From assembly GCA_027604505.1 (NCBI GenBank), contig JADIIX010000132.1, positions 1 to 64,000 on the forward strand: a stretch of DNA of 64,000 nt. Reading direction: 5' to 3'. The translations under genes were made by a program, and so were the position numbers. Numbering within the stretch: position 1 is the stretch's first letter; every line of letters starts with the position of its first letter. Under the pieces are notes generated by a model. The model worked only from the letters and a program-made list of their open reading frames with translations, did not search any database and was not told the DNA's origin. This document shows, one piece after another, positions 13,866 to 26,607 of the stretch. The stretch comes from Gonapodya sp. JEL0774 (Eukaryota).

Positions 13866-14680
13866 TTTTATGCTAATTTGCGAGGGCGGGAAACGGGTTC
13901 CACGTTTTCGAGGCTGGAGCTGGAGCTGGAGCTTGGGGTGCTTTAGACAACCAGAGCAGGGTTCCTGCACGCCTTTCAATCGGACACCAACAGAAAGGTG
14001 CGAAGATGATGCCTAATCACCAGTGTTGTATGAAGGTGTCAGAGATGCTACACAATCCCATACACCCTCTCTCTAACTAATCATTTCTGTGGTGCCCGCG
14101 GCAGTCGACTTCGAACACGAACCACCAACACGCATTGCAGGAAAGTATGTACAGACTATGTCTCGAAGAATGAGCTTGCATACTCTTCAAAGGCAGAAGA
14201 TTCTTCGGTTCCTCAAATTTGGGGCCTTGTGACGGGTAAACAAGCACAGTTTGTCAAACTCAAATGAGAACGCTTTTCGATTGGTCTCGTGCCTTTGGTT
14301 GCCGCACGGGACTTGCAATAAAGCGGGGAGAAGGAGCGCGAGCAGGGGGAGAGAGGAAATTGGGAAAGGCGTAAGAGTATACATGTGGGGGGTAGGTGAA
14401 GCGACGCTGGCGTTTGTGTTTGTTTGGTGCTGGGAATTTCTCTGGGAATCAGAATGCGAAGACACCCACATGCTTCGGCTGCTCCTCGCAAAACTCATTA
14501 CAAGGAATTAAGAGTCATTCGCTCAGCCTTGCAATACCCTGTCAGGACTAACCGAGCGCGGTGAATCCTCTGAGAGGTGGGAGAGCTTGTGTTTTCATAA
14601 GTGTAAAGCACCTTTCGTCCATCGAGCGCGTGACGTCTCAGATGGTACCGGAGTCATCTACCTCCGTCCAGTCGTGCACG

Positions 14681-15223
14681 ATGTCTCGGATTATCGTCTT
14701 AGGGCCAACAGGATCAGGGAAGTCCACTCTGGCTAAACGCCTCGCGGACCTGTTGGGCCTCGCCTTCGTCGAGCTTGATGCTCTCCACTGGCGTCCCAAC
14801 TGGACTCCGGCCCCGGAATCCGAATTTCTCTCCCTCATAGACAGACAGGCCCCCAAGGAGGGTCGATGGGTGGTTGCGGGGAACTATCGCACTGCACGTC
14901 ATTTGCTCTGGCCTCGAGCGCAACTGGCTGTATGGATAGACCTGCCATTCTGGACAGTACTTTGGCGACTGGTCAAACGTACCCTCCAAAGATGCTGGTC
15001 AGGGGAACTGCTCTGGGGAACAAACAGGGAATCCATCTGGTCGCAACTGAAGTTGTGGTCTGAAGAGAGTCTGATTTATTGGCTTTTCAACACGTACTGG
15101 AAGTTACAAAGGGAAATTCCCGTTCAGCTCTCCGAGTTCACAAATCTGCAGACTGTCCATTTTACAACGGTGGAGCAAGTGGAAAGTTTTCTTGCAACTG
15201 CAAAGAAATCAACGTCTCCGTGA
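14681..15223 (+). CDS. Intronless P-loop kinase of the bacterial FlaR/topology-modulation (adenylate kinase-like) family
   Basis: RIIVLGPTGSGKSTLAKRLA, FVELDALHWRPNW, WVVAGNY, WPRAQLAVWIDLPF and LWGTNRES; a single 180-aa exon. Confidence 0.85.
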   Translation: MSRIIVLGPTGSGKSTLAKRLADLLGLAFVELDALHWRPNWTPAPESEFLSLIDRQAPKEGRWVVAGNYRTARHLLWPRAQLAVWIDLPFWTVLWRLVKRTLQRCWSGELLWGTNRESIWSQLKLWSEESLIYWLFNTYWKLQREIPVQLSEFTNLQTVHFTTVEQVESFLATAKKSTSP

Positions 15224-15391
15224 GAAGTGATGATATGATATACATCTTCATTCCATTACTTTGTCCACATCTGCACTCTGTTGCTCTTTGACCGTCCCTT
15301 GTATGGTAGTAAAAACCTGAGAAGATTTTACAAACCTCCAGGGGCAAAGGTTGGTGGGCAGTCCGAATTGTATTATCTTTTCATTTTTCGA

Positions 15392-18300
15392 ATGCAAGTC
15401 GCTCAACCATCGGCTACCACCGCAAGCACCAGTCGCAAACTTCATCGCCTCGGCAGGCGCCGTTCCAGGACCTTTTCGACGTCCACTGATGCACGCTCGA
15501 AGACCCACACGCGGCGAATGTCTGATGTCTCCACAGACCCACCCGATGCAGAGACTGATGCGAGCGATGCAGATGCGGTGGTGAAATCTTTTGGTCCCCA
15601 GAAGCACTCCAGTCGTTCTTCGGACTTGTGGTGGGGTGAACTCACAGCCATTGCGGACTCAGACGAGTCAGTGATCGGACTTGACGATTCAAGGGACAAA
15701 ATTGCCACCAACGCGGAAATTTTGCGTAGACTGGACGAGATTGAGAAGATGGACGGTATTTTGGATGAAAGAATCAAGCTAGTTTGGGCGAGAGTTGCAA
15801 AAGTTTCAGAACGGCTCGCCGCGAGCACTGCGAGCGGAGTGGAGGAAAGGGTTCAGCTGCGAGAGCGAAGAGATGCGTTCATGGCGAACCAATTTCTTCC
15901 AGAAGACATCAGCGGCACCAGAAACTCTTCCCCCAGACGGGTGTCAATCAACAGTGACCCCGAACCACTGGTTGGATTTATCGAGCAGAAGGCCGTCTTT
16001 TCCTCAGATCTGCAGGAAGTTTTGAGTGGGTCTGGCTTGTCCCCTCTACCTTCCTCTTATGTGGAGCATCCAGTTCCGATTTTCACGCAACCCAACTCGA
16101 AGGAATCACAAACGTCCTCACTACCTCGTGTCCTCGAGAAAAGTCCTCGGGAAGATGCGAGCCTGGTGTGTCAGTTACCCGATGCAGACTTGTTGCCTGC
16201 CGGACGGTCGGAAATTGCGCCCAACGAACCGTCCTCCGTGAAAGAAAGCACTGTCGAGTACGACAAAAATCTCACGGCCACCAACTTGACTCAATTCAAC
16301 TCGAGCAGCGGTGGTGTATCTCACGTACCCGTTCACAGCCATAATCCAACTTTCACCCATGCTACGAACATACCTGGAGAAGGACCTGTGAGTCGCTGCG
16401 ATCCATATTGCTGCTTCACGTCCCACATTAGTCTGTCGACCGCTGAAAACACGATCAGGCTTCCAAGGACAATAAAATCTACTACGAGTACAAGGATTCG
16501 CACCTCGAGAGTGACAACCGTGGTGGTGGTCAAGACTTGAGCCGTCCCAATCTCAAGGATACATCGCCTGGAGCCTTCGAGCAGAACGCAGTCACTCTGT
16601 CCACCCTGAAGAATTCCCTTTCTGCCACTCAGAGGGAAGGTGTGAAGGACGGTGTAACAAAAGCAAATGCGACGCCGGTGTGTGTCGGCGAGAGTAGTCG
16701 CTCTCATTGCGAAGATGACTGTAACGCCTTGTTGCACGAAGCAGAAGTCCGCTGACCAAGTTGTGAATTCTCGATTGCGTCATGGCTCCGGTCGTTCAAA
16801 AGCTTCTTCGTTGAAGGGATCCCAGACCAACATCACCAATTTGGCAACTCGAGAAGGGCTTTATCAGTCCATCTCAAACAGCTTTCCAAGCCCGGAATCA
16901 GAGGTGGATCAAAATCAATCGATTGACAAAGAAGTGCGGGTGTGTGTTTGGTTTATCAGATCAACATGGAACAAAATTTACAAACGTGCCTTTCCATGCC
17001 AGAGTCTCTCGACATTGGTTCTTGAACGGGAACGCCATGAATTGATTGCCGACCACTCCTCTCGCAAGAGTTCAGAACTTGATCTTACTGTCAATATCGA
17101 ACCTAAAGGACTCACCCAGACTGAAAAGAGCGCCCACCTTGGAACGGCGTTGAGTATGGTAAGTCTGCCCTCTCCAGGGACGTACGGGTCTCGCACAATG
17201 CAGAGACACTACAGGCGACTTCCGTAGTTTTATAATGTTCAGAAAGTATGCACCATCGCTGATTGAAACCTGCTTGAATTATCCACTTCCAGAAAAGCTC
17301 TGGAGAATCTGCTGATTACGAACCACGCAACGTCCCGCCAGTCGGTAGTGTCGTTTCACAACGCGCTTCGAATGGCACCTCACACTCTCCAAATACACAA
17401 ATCGGACAAGACATTGTTGAACTGGGCGGTGCCGCGACCTTGGCCATCCAGACCACTCAACCGAGCGAGTCCATGGCAACTCAAGTTCAGCAACCAATGA
17501 ACCAATCACCAGTGCGTCTGTTGGGGCAGTAACTTTCAGTTATCAGGCGCGTTTCACTGATGACCGTTTCCGGTTTGATTGCTCCCAAGAACATTCCAGT
17601 TTCTCCATTTCACAAGAGTTCGATGATCGACAGCGGTTCTACGAAGACAGGCCATTCTGAACCTTTCGTACGATTAGACATTGCCGGCCGCGAGGGTAAA
17701 TCAGATAATATGATGCTCAGCGGTGCACGTATTAACTTGACGAAGAGCGGTGGGACTGTCCCATCACCTAAAGAAGTTTTGGTATGTTCTTGCTCGTTTG
17801 GCACTCCCCTCCGTTGATGTTGCAGTAAATTTGAACACGAACTTGGATTGCTACAAGCCACTTAACTCACCACCCAGCCACGGCTTAAGCATGGGTGAGA
17901 TGATCGCACCAGATAGTTCAAAAGCTGACGTTGGAACCTCTGGCTCCAAGAACGGAGATAGCTCCAGTGATGGGCGGCATGGGCCAGCATCTTCACTGCA
18001 GAAGATCCCAGCATTTGATTCTGAACTCCTCCCACAGTCAAGAGAGAGTCATCTTCTCAAGAAGGTTTCCGACCCAGATTCACTTTCATCTCCTTCTCAT
18101 GTGACTTCCCACGTACCTGTCCGACCGAAGCACTTTTCTCAACGCCTCTCGCTATCTTCATCACTTTCTTCTATATCACTTCCAAGCTCACTCATTTCAC
18201 TCGCTACATCATTGTCATCGCTATCTGTAAACTCCAATGTGGACCCTTCCGAACAACAACATCCACATCCCCCGAGTCAGCCTTCAAAGAAAACTACGAG

Positions 18301-20295
18301 GAGAGGCAGAAAGCAGGGTGCGGAGATGCGATCTTCCCAAGTAAGTAGACAATCTGAAGCTTTCTAAACGACAGATGAAGCCCAACTTGAGCTGCTTGAT
18401 GGTCATGTTTACCAGATACATGATCCGCATACAATAACACTTCCTGTGTCAGAGATGCGTTCAAACCCCACCGTGGAGAAGCCCCCAAGTTTCCCGTCTA
18501 CTGTACATAACGCGTTGCTCAGCGTAATGCCGGCCTTCTCTGTATCTGTTGTAGACCGAGGGCCCAAATCTTTCAGCAAAAGTGCGCCCGAGGTGAGATC
18601 GTCTATCACGGAGCCACCTGAAAGTCGTGGGAAGCCGAAAGCAAGCGCACCGGAACTCCATCAAGGAGCTTCCAGCCATACCGGTGGGCAACCTCCGGTG
18701 GAGTCGAAAAACATTATTGTGGTGAGGCTCAGCTGTTTTCGGTGATATGCGCTTGTGTTTCTTGGATATATGTTGAGTAGTATCGTCCCCGAACATTCAA
18801 ACGTTGCGATCGGCCAAGCAGGAGTCATCCACATCTGAGAAGGGACAGCCAGTAACTCCGGGTCCTCAGTTGGCTTCACTGAAGTCGGGTCTGCAGTTTG
18901 CAGCATCATCAAAACACGTTTTGTCATCCACATCACATGAACTCTTTGACAATTCGCGGCCCTTCGCTCTGAACTACTCCTTCCGCTCAAGCAGTGACCT
19001 CGTAGTCACAGGTTCAGGCCAAGTGACCAGCGCAGTGGTTGCTCCAACCTTAAATGACGTGAATCCTCCGTTTGCTGATTCAGATCATGGGACATCGCCA
19101 GGTTTGTGTTCGCAACTGGACTTCGATACCGCACCGGTGTCATTGTCACTACCCTTCGAGAGCCCGAAGCAGGATGAGCTCTCTATTGCGACAATCCCAG
19201 AGTTGGATGGGAGGGGGAGCATCGATGCGACTGTGGGGGAGTCTTCTTCCACACAGTACTCGACAGCATTGGTTTCTCATCCGGATCGCCTTGACGTTCG
19301 AGATAGGAATGCGTCCTCGGAAAGGGCGCGTGCGGCAATGGAACAGGCGTGGGAAGAAGTGGCTGCAGACTCGAACCGGATGAGGCTTTCTTCAGAAGCC
19401 GCACTGAACTCGAAAATCCATGCGATCGGCTCAACTTCGAGGTCACGCGGTTCCTCCTTCGCACGGCTTGTTGGTGCATCATTTGGCAGTAAGAGTGGTG
19501 AATTCGAAGTTACATCGAAGGGTAAGCACATCAGATCTGGAACCAACGGAACGGACTCAGATCTGTCCACAACATCACGAGAAGGTGAACTGTTGACACA
19601 AGCCATGTTTTATTTCTTGATTCTGATGAATCGGTGTCCTGGCAGAGAGCCGCAGGAGTTCGATGTGGCGTAAATTTCATCTCCCCTCTGGAAAGCAGGC
19701 GAAGTCTGATCATGAACTGCAGAATCATACGCCGGCTATCGGTATTGGTGGTAAGTGCAGCCTTCTGATCACCGGAGCGTTCATCTCACATCTTTGCGTA
19801 GAACGAAACACCTTGTCTTTGGACACGAACAACGAAAGGAGCATGTTTTCAGCAAGCCATACTTCTGCGAACAAAAACATCTCCCCAGCTTCAGGCGCAA
19901 TGTCAATTCACGGATCAACGGGAAAGGAAATAGAACGCTTTCAACACAGAACGGAACCTGTTCCAACAAATGTAATGCGAGGCGCTGTAACTACAGAAAA
20001 CCACTCAGGATTACCGTCTGCTGACAAACATGAAAATGGCAGTATCAAATCGCCGGAGCAAGCGGACGATGTGCAAAAGGATAGATCACACTCCGATATT
20101 CACCAAGAACAAGAACTCGTTTACCGTACAAGAAATAGCACGACAGACGGCGGCGTCAGTGAGCAAAGTGGCGTGGCTTCGGTATCCGAAGGAGAACAAA
20201 ACGGAACAAAATCGAAGAAAAAGAAAAAGGGCATTTCGAAGCTTATGAATAAAATTGGCAAAGCAGTGAAGAGGCTTTCGTCATCATCCCCATAA
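15392..20295 (+). CDS. Large Ser-rich, mostly disordered hypothetical protein with an N-terminal coiled coil; may be more than one gene
   Basis: A chain of long + strand ORFs (15281-16540, 17750-18367, 18804-19673, 19663-20295) separated by intron-like gaps, ending in a basic C-terminus KSKKKKKGISKLMNKIGK. Confidence 0.55.
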
Positions 20296-20313
20296 AATAC
20301 CGTAGTAGGCACT

Positions 20314-21702
20314 CTATTTCTGTTTCCGCTGCTCTACCAGACCTTCGGTCAACCAGAATCCCCTAAATAGTATAAACATCAGGAGACCTCCACCAACTGC
20401 GCTCGCCAGACAATAGGTTGTCACCCAGCCTGCCGGAACAAAGCCGTAGTCACGTAGACACGCCCGCTCTGAGAGCTCTGCCAGAGTAGGCTGGGGTTGG
20501 AGAGGAATCTCGGGGGTGATCGGCACTGCGGGGACTTCCTCAGACTTCCCTTTAAGCCCAGCACCGGCAATTGCCTCGGCGACCATTCGTCGCTCCCGTA
20601 TCTCATCATGTGTTCCCGATTCTGGTTCAGTATCTACTGCAGGTGCCGGGGCCGGGGTCTCAGTTGGCACTGTGTCAAGGTGAAGAGGGTCAAAGCGAAG
20701 GCCCTCAAACCAACTTTCGGAGAAATTGGAACGGTCCGAGAGTGTGAGAAAGTTGAGATTCAATGAGGGTTCGGAAGAAACGATTTCAACTTATAAACGC
20801 ACCTCACGGGCCCATGTAGCGAGAGGAACTGCCCGGGTCCAACTAATTGAAAGTTATCGCGGAGCGGGTACGCCGAAACACCCAGAAAAAAGCCTTCTGA
20901 ACTGTGGAACACCATGTTCATGTGGTTCACTTTAAAAAGATTTATGTCAGTTCGTTTGAATTCGCGATTCTAAACTCATGGATCAAATCTCTTACTGATA
21001 TGGATATGAGCAGACTCCACCTGTGTCATCAGGATGAGTTGTGTGCACATCAGAGCATTGTGGGAGGACACATGAATCAAACTCACACCACCCCACAGAT
21101 TCAATGGCATGGGCATGAATATGGTTTTGTCTTTACTCAACGGAAGTCGACATTGGTATGTGGCTGGAGCAGGCAAGATAACCGAAGTGCGTGGTAGAGC
21201 TCAAACCCCCGGCGAACAAAAGAAGTCAGTGGAAAGCTTTGGCCCACCTTTGGTCAATAACAGATTTCGCAGTAATTGATACATGTCCTCGTCCACAGCC
21301 CACCTGCATACAAATTCGGAGTCCTGACCAAATCGGAAGGAGAGAGGTCGCCCTGTCTGGAATTAAATGATTCGAAGTTAAGCAAACTGTGAAATAAAGA
21401 AGGAATCGCGCAGGCGGCAAAGCTTCAGGGTCCCATTGCATCGTACATTCTCTAAACAGGGTTCCTCCACTGCAGCCGCTCCTACAGTGATGGAGCGCCA
21501 GAAAACTCACATCCGCACAGGGTGGGGAAGGTCCCCATAGATTGTTTCCAAACTGATCGACGTACACGGTGGTGCCATTGGGGCTGGTGAGGAGACATTC
21601 TAAGTCAACAGTATCTCCAACAGAGAAAGCTGTTGGACGATGGAATGTGAGAAAGAGCTGAAACACCATAATATTGACTGGTAGACAGTTTCTGCTCTCC
21701 AT
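20314..21702 (-). CDS. Hypothetical type I membrane protein (signal peptide, Cys-containing ectodomain, C-terminal TM helix)
   Basis: Hydrophobic N-terminus followed by FSVGDTVDLEC..WGPSPPC, CRLPLSKD..PMPLNLWG and TM TTYCLASAVGGGLLMFILF; multi-exon. Confidence 0.65.
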
Positions 21703-21845
21703 TTTCACAATTGAACGAACGCTCTCTGCAAGGTACAGTCGCTGATATCGTTTGGTGGATTTCCAACCACCCCGTATTGAATTGCTGCTCGCTCCTGACG
21801 CTAACCCCGATTCAATTCATCCGAAGAGAACTCACGTAAAAACTT

Positions 21846-22790
21846 CACATGTTGATGGGGTTGGCCTCCATGAGCGCTGGCGGGATGAGAATGAAGGAGA
21901 CAGAACGTCGAAATAGCCAGGAGCACCTGTACGAAGGTTAGAAATGGGAAAGCGGACGAGGAAGTGGTGGATGGAGTGATGTGATGGATATCAAGAGACT
22001 ATTAGAGGACAAACCAAGGGGATGGATCAAAGAAGCATTTCAGGAGTGGATCCTTCGGTTCGGAATGAAGCTCGATGACCCACTCTCAAAGTGCGATTCC
22101 GATTTCGGTATGTAGCCAAGCACCGTTTCATTTCTGAAAGAATTTCCGTGTCAGGAGATTGATATGTATTCATGAAGTTGGTGATCTCTTTGCCCGAGAG
22201 CCAGCCGACATATTGCCCACGAACCAAACTTCCCAAAAATCACTCAAATCAATAAACTCTGGACAAAAAAGACATGGACCTTCGACAGGTTAGTCGCATC
22301 CTGGTTGAATTCGCGCCACGTGATGTCCGCGCTCGGTCTATCAGGTGAGAAAGGTTTTCTATTAGAGTACCGCGACGTCTCTGTTCGCATCTCTGTCCAA
22401 TCTCATATCTCAAACGTAACCGATGCTGCTTCTGACTGTCTTTTTATCACCTGCCACCGTCTTCCCCTGGTTGTCACTCACGCTAATGTACGGGTTGCAT
22501 GCCACTGCACCGAGCAGATCATTTCTATTGAATGTTTCGGACGACGCGAAGCGTGAATCCAACCCAAACTGCCGAATACAGACTACAATCGCCGATAAGG
22601 TTGTTACACCGTCCCTGCAGGTTACATACAGTGAGTCTTCTCGAAGAGATTCGTTGACAGTCGGGTGTGTGGCCTTCCTGAGGAGTTCCTGGCGCACACA
22701 ACATCCTTCCCTTTCGATGCGCTTTCGCTAGCTGGAAGTTGGCGATTTTGCGGAATCGAAGCTCTGTTCTGTCTCCTCTGGTTTACCATC
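21846..22790 (-). pseudogene. Spliced hypothetical gene or gene relic
   Basis: Several GT-AG-bounded segments join in frame (RRRGTLIENLSHL..LVRGQYVGWLSGKEITNF..SLDIHH). The upstream segment has an in-frame TGA and no clean start was found. Confidence 0.3.
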
Positions 22791-23180
22791 TGAACGCTGT
22801 ACTGATTGTGATCTCATTAATCTCTACCTCCCGAAATTATTCGGTAACTTGGAACGCTTACCCCAATACCAGAGGACGGAAAAGCTTTGACTATGTCCAC
22901 ATCTTCAATGACAGCGGAGGAAATCTTGCGAGAATTCCGGCGGCACGCACGAGCCCTACAGGAGGACGAGGATGCGAAGTCGGCTTGATGAAGTTGGACA
23001 CCCATAATGCTAGTCTGTACATATTGCATTTTAGAATAACTCGTACAATCAATGATTTTGGTCCAGAGTGCCGGATCAAAGTCCCGTGGCTGAATGCAAT
23101 ACACATAGAACTTTACAGTCGGCCGCTGACAGTCGATAGCCAAGATCACAGTCGAAACAGCCATTGTTTCTGGAGTAGTC

Positions 23181-26100
23181 ATGTCATTTCCTCGACGATT
23201 CATCCAAGCACCGCCAGGTGAGTGATGGAAATCTTGCAATCCGAGTCTCCGCCAAGTCTTCGTTGGCGCCTGCTGACCCGAACCCTCGCACTTCGTCCTT
23301 ACTGGCACGGATACTTTCAGCTCTGCCTTTTGATCCAACCGTTTCGTTCCATGATGTCATATCGACGGAGTCACCTGCTTTGGCGCAACGTCAGGTTCGC
23401 TACCTTAACACGAACAGCATTGGAGTAGTTGCTTCTGCATTGGTGTTTTTGAGACGTGCTCTACTAATTGTCACACTGTGTCGACGACTACGTCTCGAAG
23501 ACCGCCCTCATGAACCTCACTAGAGCCATCTACCAGCTATCAGAGCTTTCAGAGTACGCTGCAGAGCTGTTTGACGGTGAGACATCACCACATCGAGTGG
23601 AATTTGCTAGAAGCAACCCTGAACTCCATTCCAGCTCTTTTGGCCACAACGTCCTCTGTGGTCGATCGGATCTCCTCCATTGAGCTCCGCGTTGACGGTT
23701 TGAGAGAAAAGCTTGACGCTGTGAAACAGGATGTTCTCAAAGCGGGAGTGGTGCAGTCACGTCTTGTCACTGAGCGTGGGTTTGTGTGGAGATGCCTTCC
23801 TGATCATCATCTCAACCTGTCATTCCGTTCAGGACTTGAATGGCGCCCACCACCAGCTTCATTCACCTCCCACTTCACAAAGCAGACGGAACCTGCTTCT
23901 ATTACTTCGTTTTACGAAACGCTACCTCCTCTTCCTCCTCTAGAGATCCTTGATGAGTTCCGCACTGACGGCCAGCCCAGCATGAAATTTTTCTCGTACC
24001 CACAGTTTTTCGAAGAGCAGTGGAAAGTCACAATTGAAAAAGAGGAGGAAGAGAAGAGGAAAAGGAAAGAGGAGAGAAAAAAAGAAAAGGTACCTGCTTT
24101 TTGTGGACACCTTTATGCGCAATTGGTCTCTAACGCAGTGTTGCTTCCTGAAGCACGAGAAGCGCAACAAGCGTGAACGAGAAATCAAATCACTCGACGT
24201 TATCACTTACGACAGTGAGGGTAATGTTGTCATCTCGAAGCCCGCCGGTGGGCCAGATGCTTCACAGGCTGGTGCAACCACCAGCATACTGATGAAACTG
24301 GCAGCCAAGCGCAAGGAGGAAGATTCTAAAGGTGGTATGATAGGCCCACCGATAGCGCAAGCAATCGTCAATGCGCCGAATGAACCGCAGGAGATTTCGG
24401 AAACCGATTACAACCAACCCACGTCGCATGTTCCAACGCAGAAAGTTGATGAATTATCCGTTCCCCGTGCTACAAACGACTGTGCCTTCGGTGCTGGATT
24501 GAATGACGAAGATGTTGCGGCCAGTGATGTCGAGGTGGACGCCGGAAGCACGGATGGTGTTCCATTCGTACCTGCAATAGACAGTTCTGTTGATGAGGAA
24601 GACCCTTCAAAATCTCGGAAGCGAGCTAACCTGCATCAGGAACTCACGGAGCGTGAGCCCGCTCCGGAGACCTTGAATGCAAACGGTCTCGGCAGTGCGT
24701 TGAAAAATGCAATGACCCGATTGAAAAAGACCAACGAGACCACGCCTAGCGGATCGATCGGAAAATACGCTGGCGAACAGACAGTTCACGCGGAGAGCGA
24801 TTCCTTAAGTCCAAAAGGGAAAAAAGTTGGAATGAAGCCGCGGTTTGAAGAATCTGGCTCTGATAAAAGAAAATACGTGCAAAACTTTAAAGAGGTTATC
24901 ACCACTTCACATTATTCCTCTACTGACTCGTCGGCTTCTTTGAACGAGATCAGTACAACTGAAGGCGTTAATGGCAATGTTCTTGGTACCAAGGGACGGC
25001 GACAAAAGATGAGAGTGGATGAAGAGGATACTCAGTCTGACTCCAGCGTGCCTCCAATACATTCGCGAGTAGAGAGTGAAACAGGCTCGCTTCAAGGGGG
25101 CCAACTAGGTTCCAATTCTTCAGAATTGGCAGAAAATGATCACGATTATCCAACCCCGTTGCTTGGAAACAATGCATCGGATCCTTTTGAAGTCTCAGAG
25201 AACATTCCAGAACCTCATTTTGAGCGGACCAGTAGCACATCCAAGATTCTCAAACACACCAAACCAGGACGCGGTTCGGGAGCACCTGAGGCTTTGCAAA
25301 AAACGATAAGTCATCCTTCGCCCGAGGTCCATGGTGAAGGACATTTGGAAGATCAAGCAGAGACGTGCAGGGCAAATCAAGTAAACGAAGAACCTCCGTC
25401 GCCCGCCTCCTCCGCAGGGGAGAGATCTCAAGTATTGAGGGCAGCAATGTTAAAGTTAAAAAAGACAGTGAAATCGTCAACAGAGGAAGAACCTTCCACC
25501 TCACGGAACCACGAACCACTCAGAAACAGTAACGTTCCATCAACGGATGAGGAAACAGTTGCACTCGAATCAGATCAGGATGTCGAATCATCAGAGCAAG
25601 AAAATGCGCCGTCAAGCGGCTCGTTTCACGAGAGTCTGCGGTCAGGTGTCGCTCGTCTTAAAAAAGTGCCCGCTGGGATATCGCACGCGGAGGATTCGCT
25701 CCCTCCACTCCCAAGCGAACTTGATAACGACGAGAACGACGGAGAGATTGAGCTCGTCGAGCATGATGAGAATGACGAGAATGGGGTGCCAGAATGCCCA
25801 GTGGAACAACGTGATACGAAGGGTGCCGACCGCGTTCTACCTGGATTCAGATCTAAGGCTCCACCCCCACCACCTTTAGCGCCACCCGCACCACGTTTGC
25901 CAGTTGCAACAGCAAGCAATGTTGTTGAAATGAAGAAGGAGGTCACCCCGTCCCCTAAAAGTGCGGACCGCAGTGACATCTTGGCCGACATAAAAAGTGG
26001 AGGGGTTAGTCACAAATTGCGACTCAAAATCAAATGCTGCGTCCTTTTCTTACGGTTTTTCGTACTCCTCTTCAAAGTTCAAACTGAAAAAAGTGGAGCA

Positions 26101-26498
26101 TTCTCCTTCACCAAAATCGAAGGCGCCCGAAACGCCGCTAACTGCCGCGGGAGCGATCGCACAAGCAATTTCCCGAGCTTCACCTGAGGGTGCCTCACCG
26201 GGATCCGCAACGTCAGACGTCAACCCGCTACTGGCAACCTTGAAAAAGGTCACACCACAGCAAGTGCAAAAACGGACGAGTACGGCCGGACTGGGTACTG
26301 GCGATGTTGCAGCTATACTTATGCGTAGAGCAAAATTGGTGGAGAGTGACAGTGATGAGGGTGAGAATGGTTTTGTTCTGTGTTATGTTATGTTTCAACG
26401 ACACAAACTAACACTTCTGTTTGTTCCCTGTCAATTTTTTTTTCGGGGTGCACCAAGGAAGCGACGACAGCGATGATAGCGACGATGATTGGAAGTAG
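23181..26498 (+). CDS. SCAR/WAVE family Arp2/3 activator
   Basis: The spliced N-terminus MSFPRRFIQAPP-ALPFDP..-TALMNLTRAIYQLSELSEYAAELFD, with PPLEILDEFRTDGQPSMKFFSYPQFFEEQW, forms the SCAR homology domain. It is followed by a basic region, polyproline, WH2 DRSDILADIKSGG-FKLKKVE, C helix DVAAILMRR and acidic tail SDSDE-GSDDSDDSDDDWK*. Confidence 0.93.
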
Positions 26499-26607
26499 AA
26501 TTGTGAGAATAGATGTTGTTTTTAGCATTGCATCGACCAACATTTGTCTGAACCTTCCGAGAGTTGGAAGTTGGAGGAGGGTGGCACCATTTGTTTTCAA
26601 TTGCAAA

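Noticed and set aside
22410..22500. In-frame TGA as selenocysteine (also the TGA near 33353)
   Set aside because: No redox-motif context or selenoprotein family resemblance, and no SECIS was recognised.
22817..23338. 173-aa minus-strand ORF
   Set aside because: It overlaps the WAVE start codon and first exons, and has no recognisable motifs.
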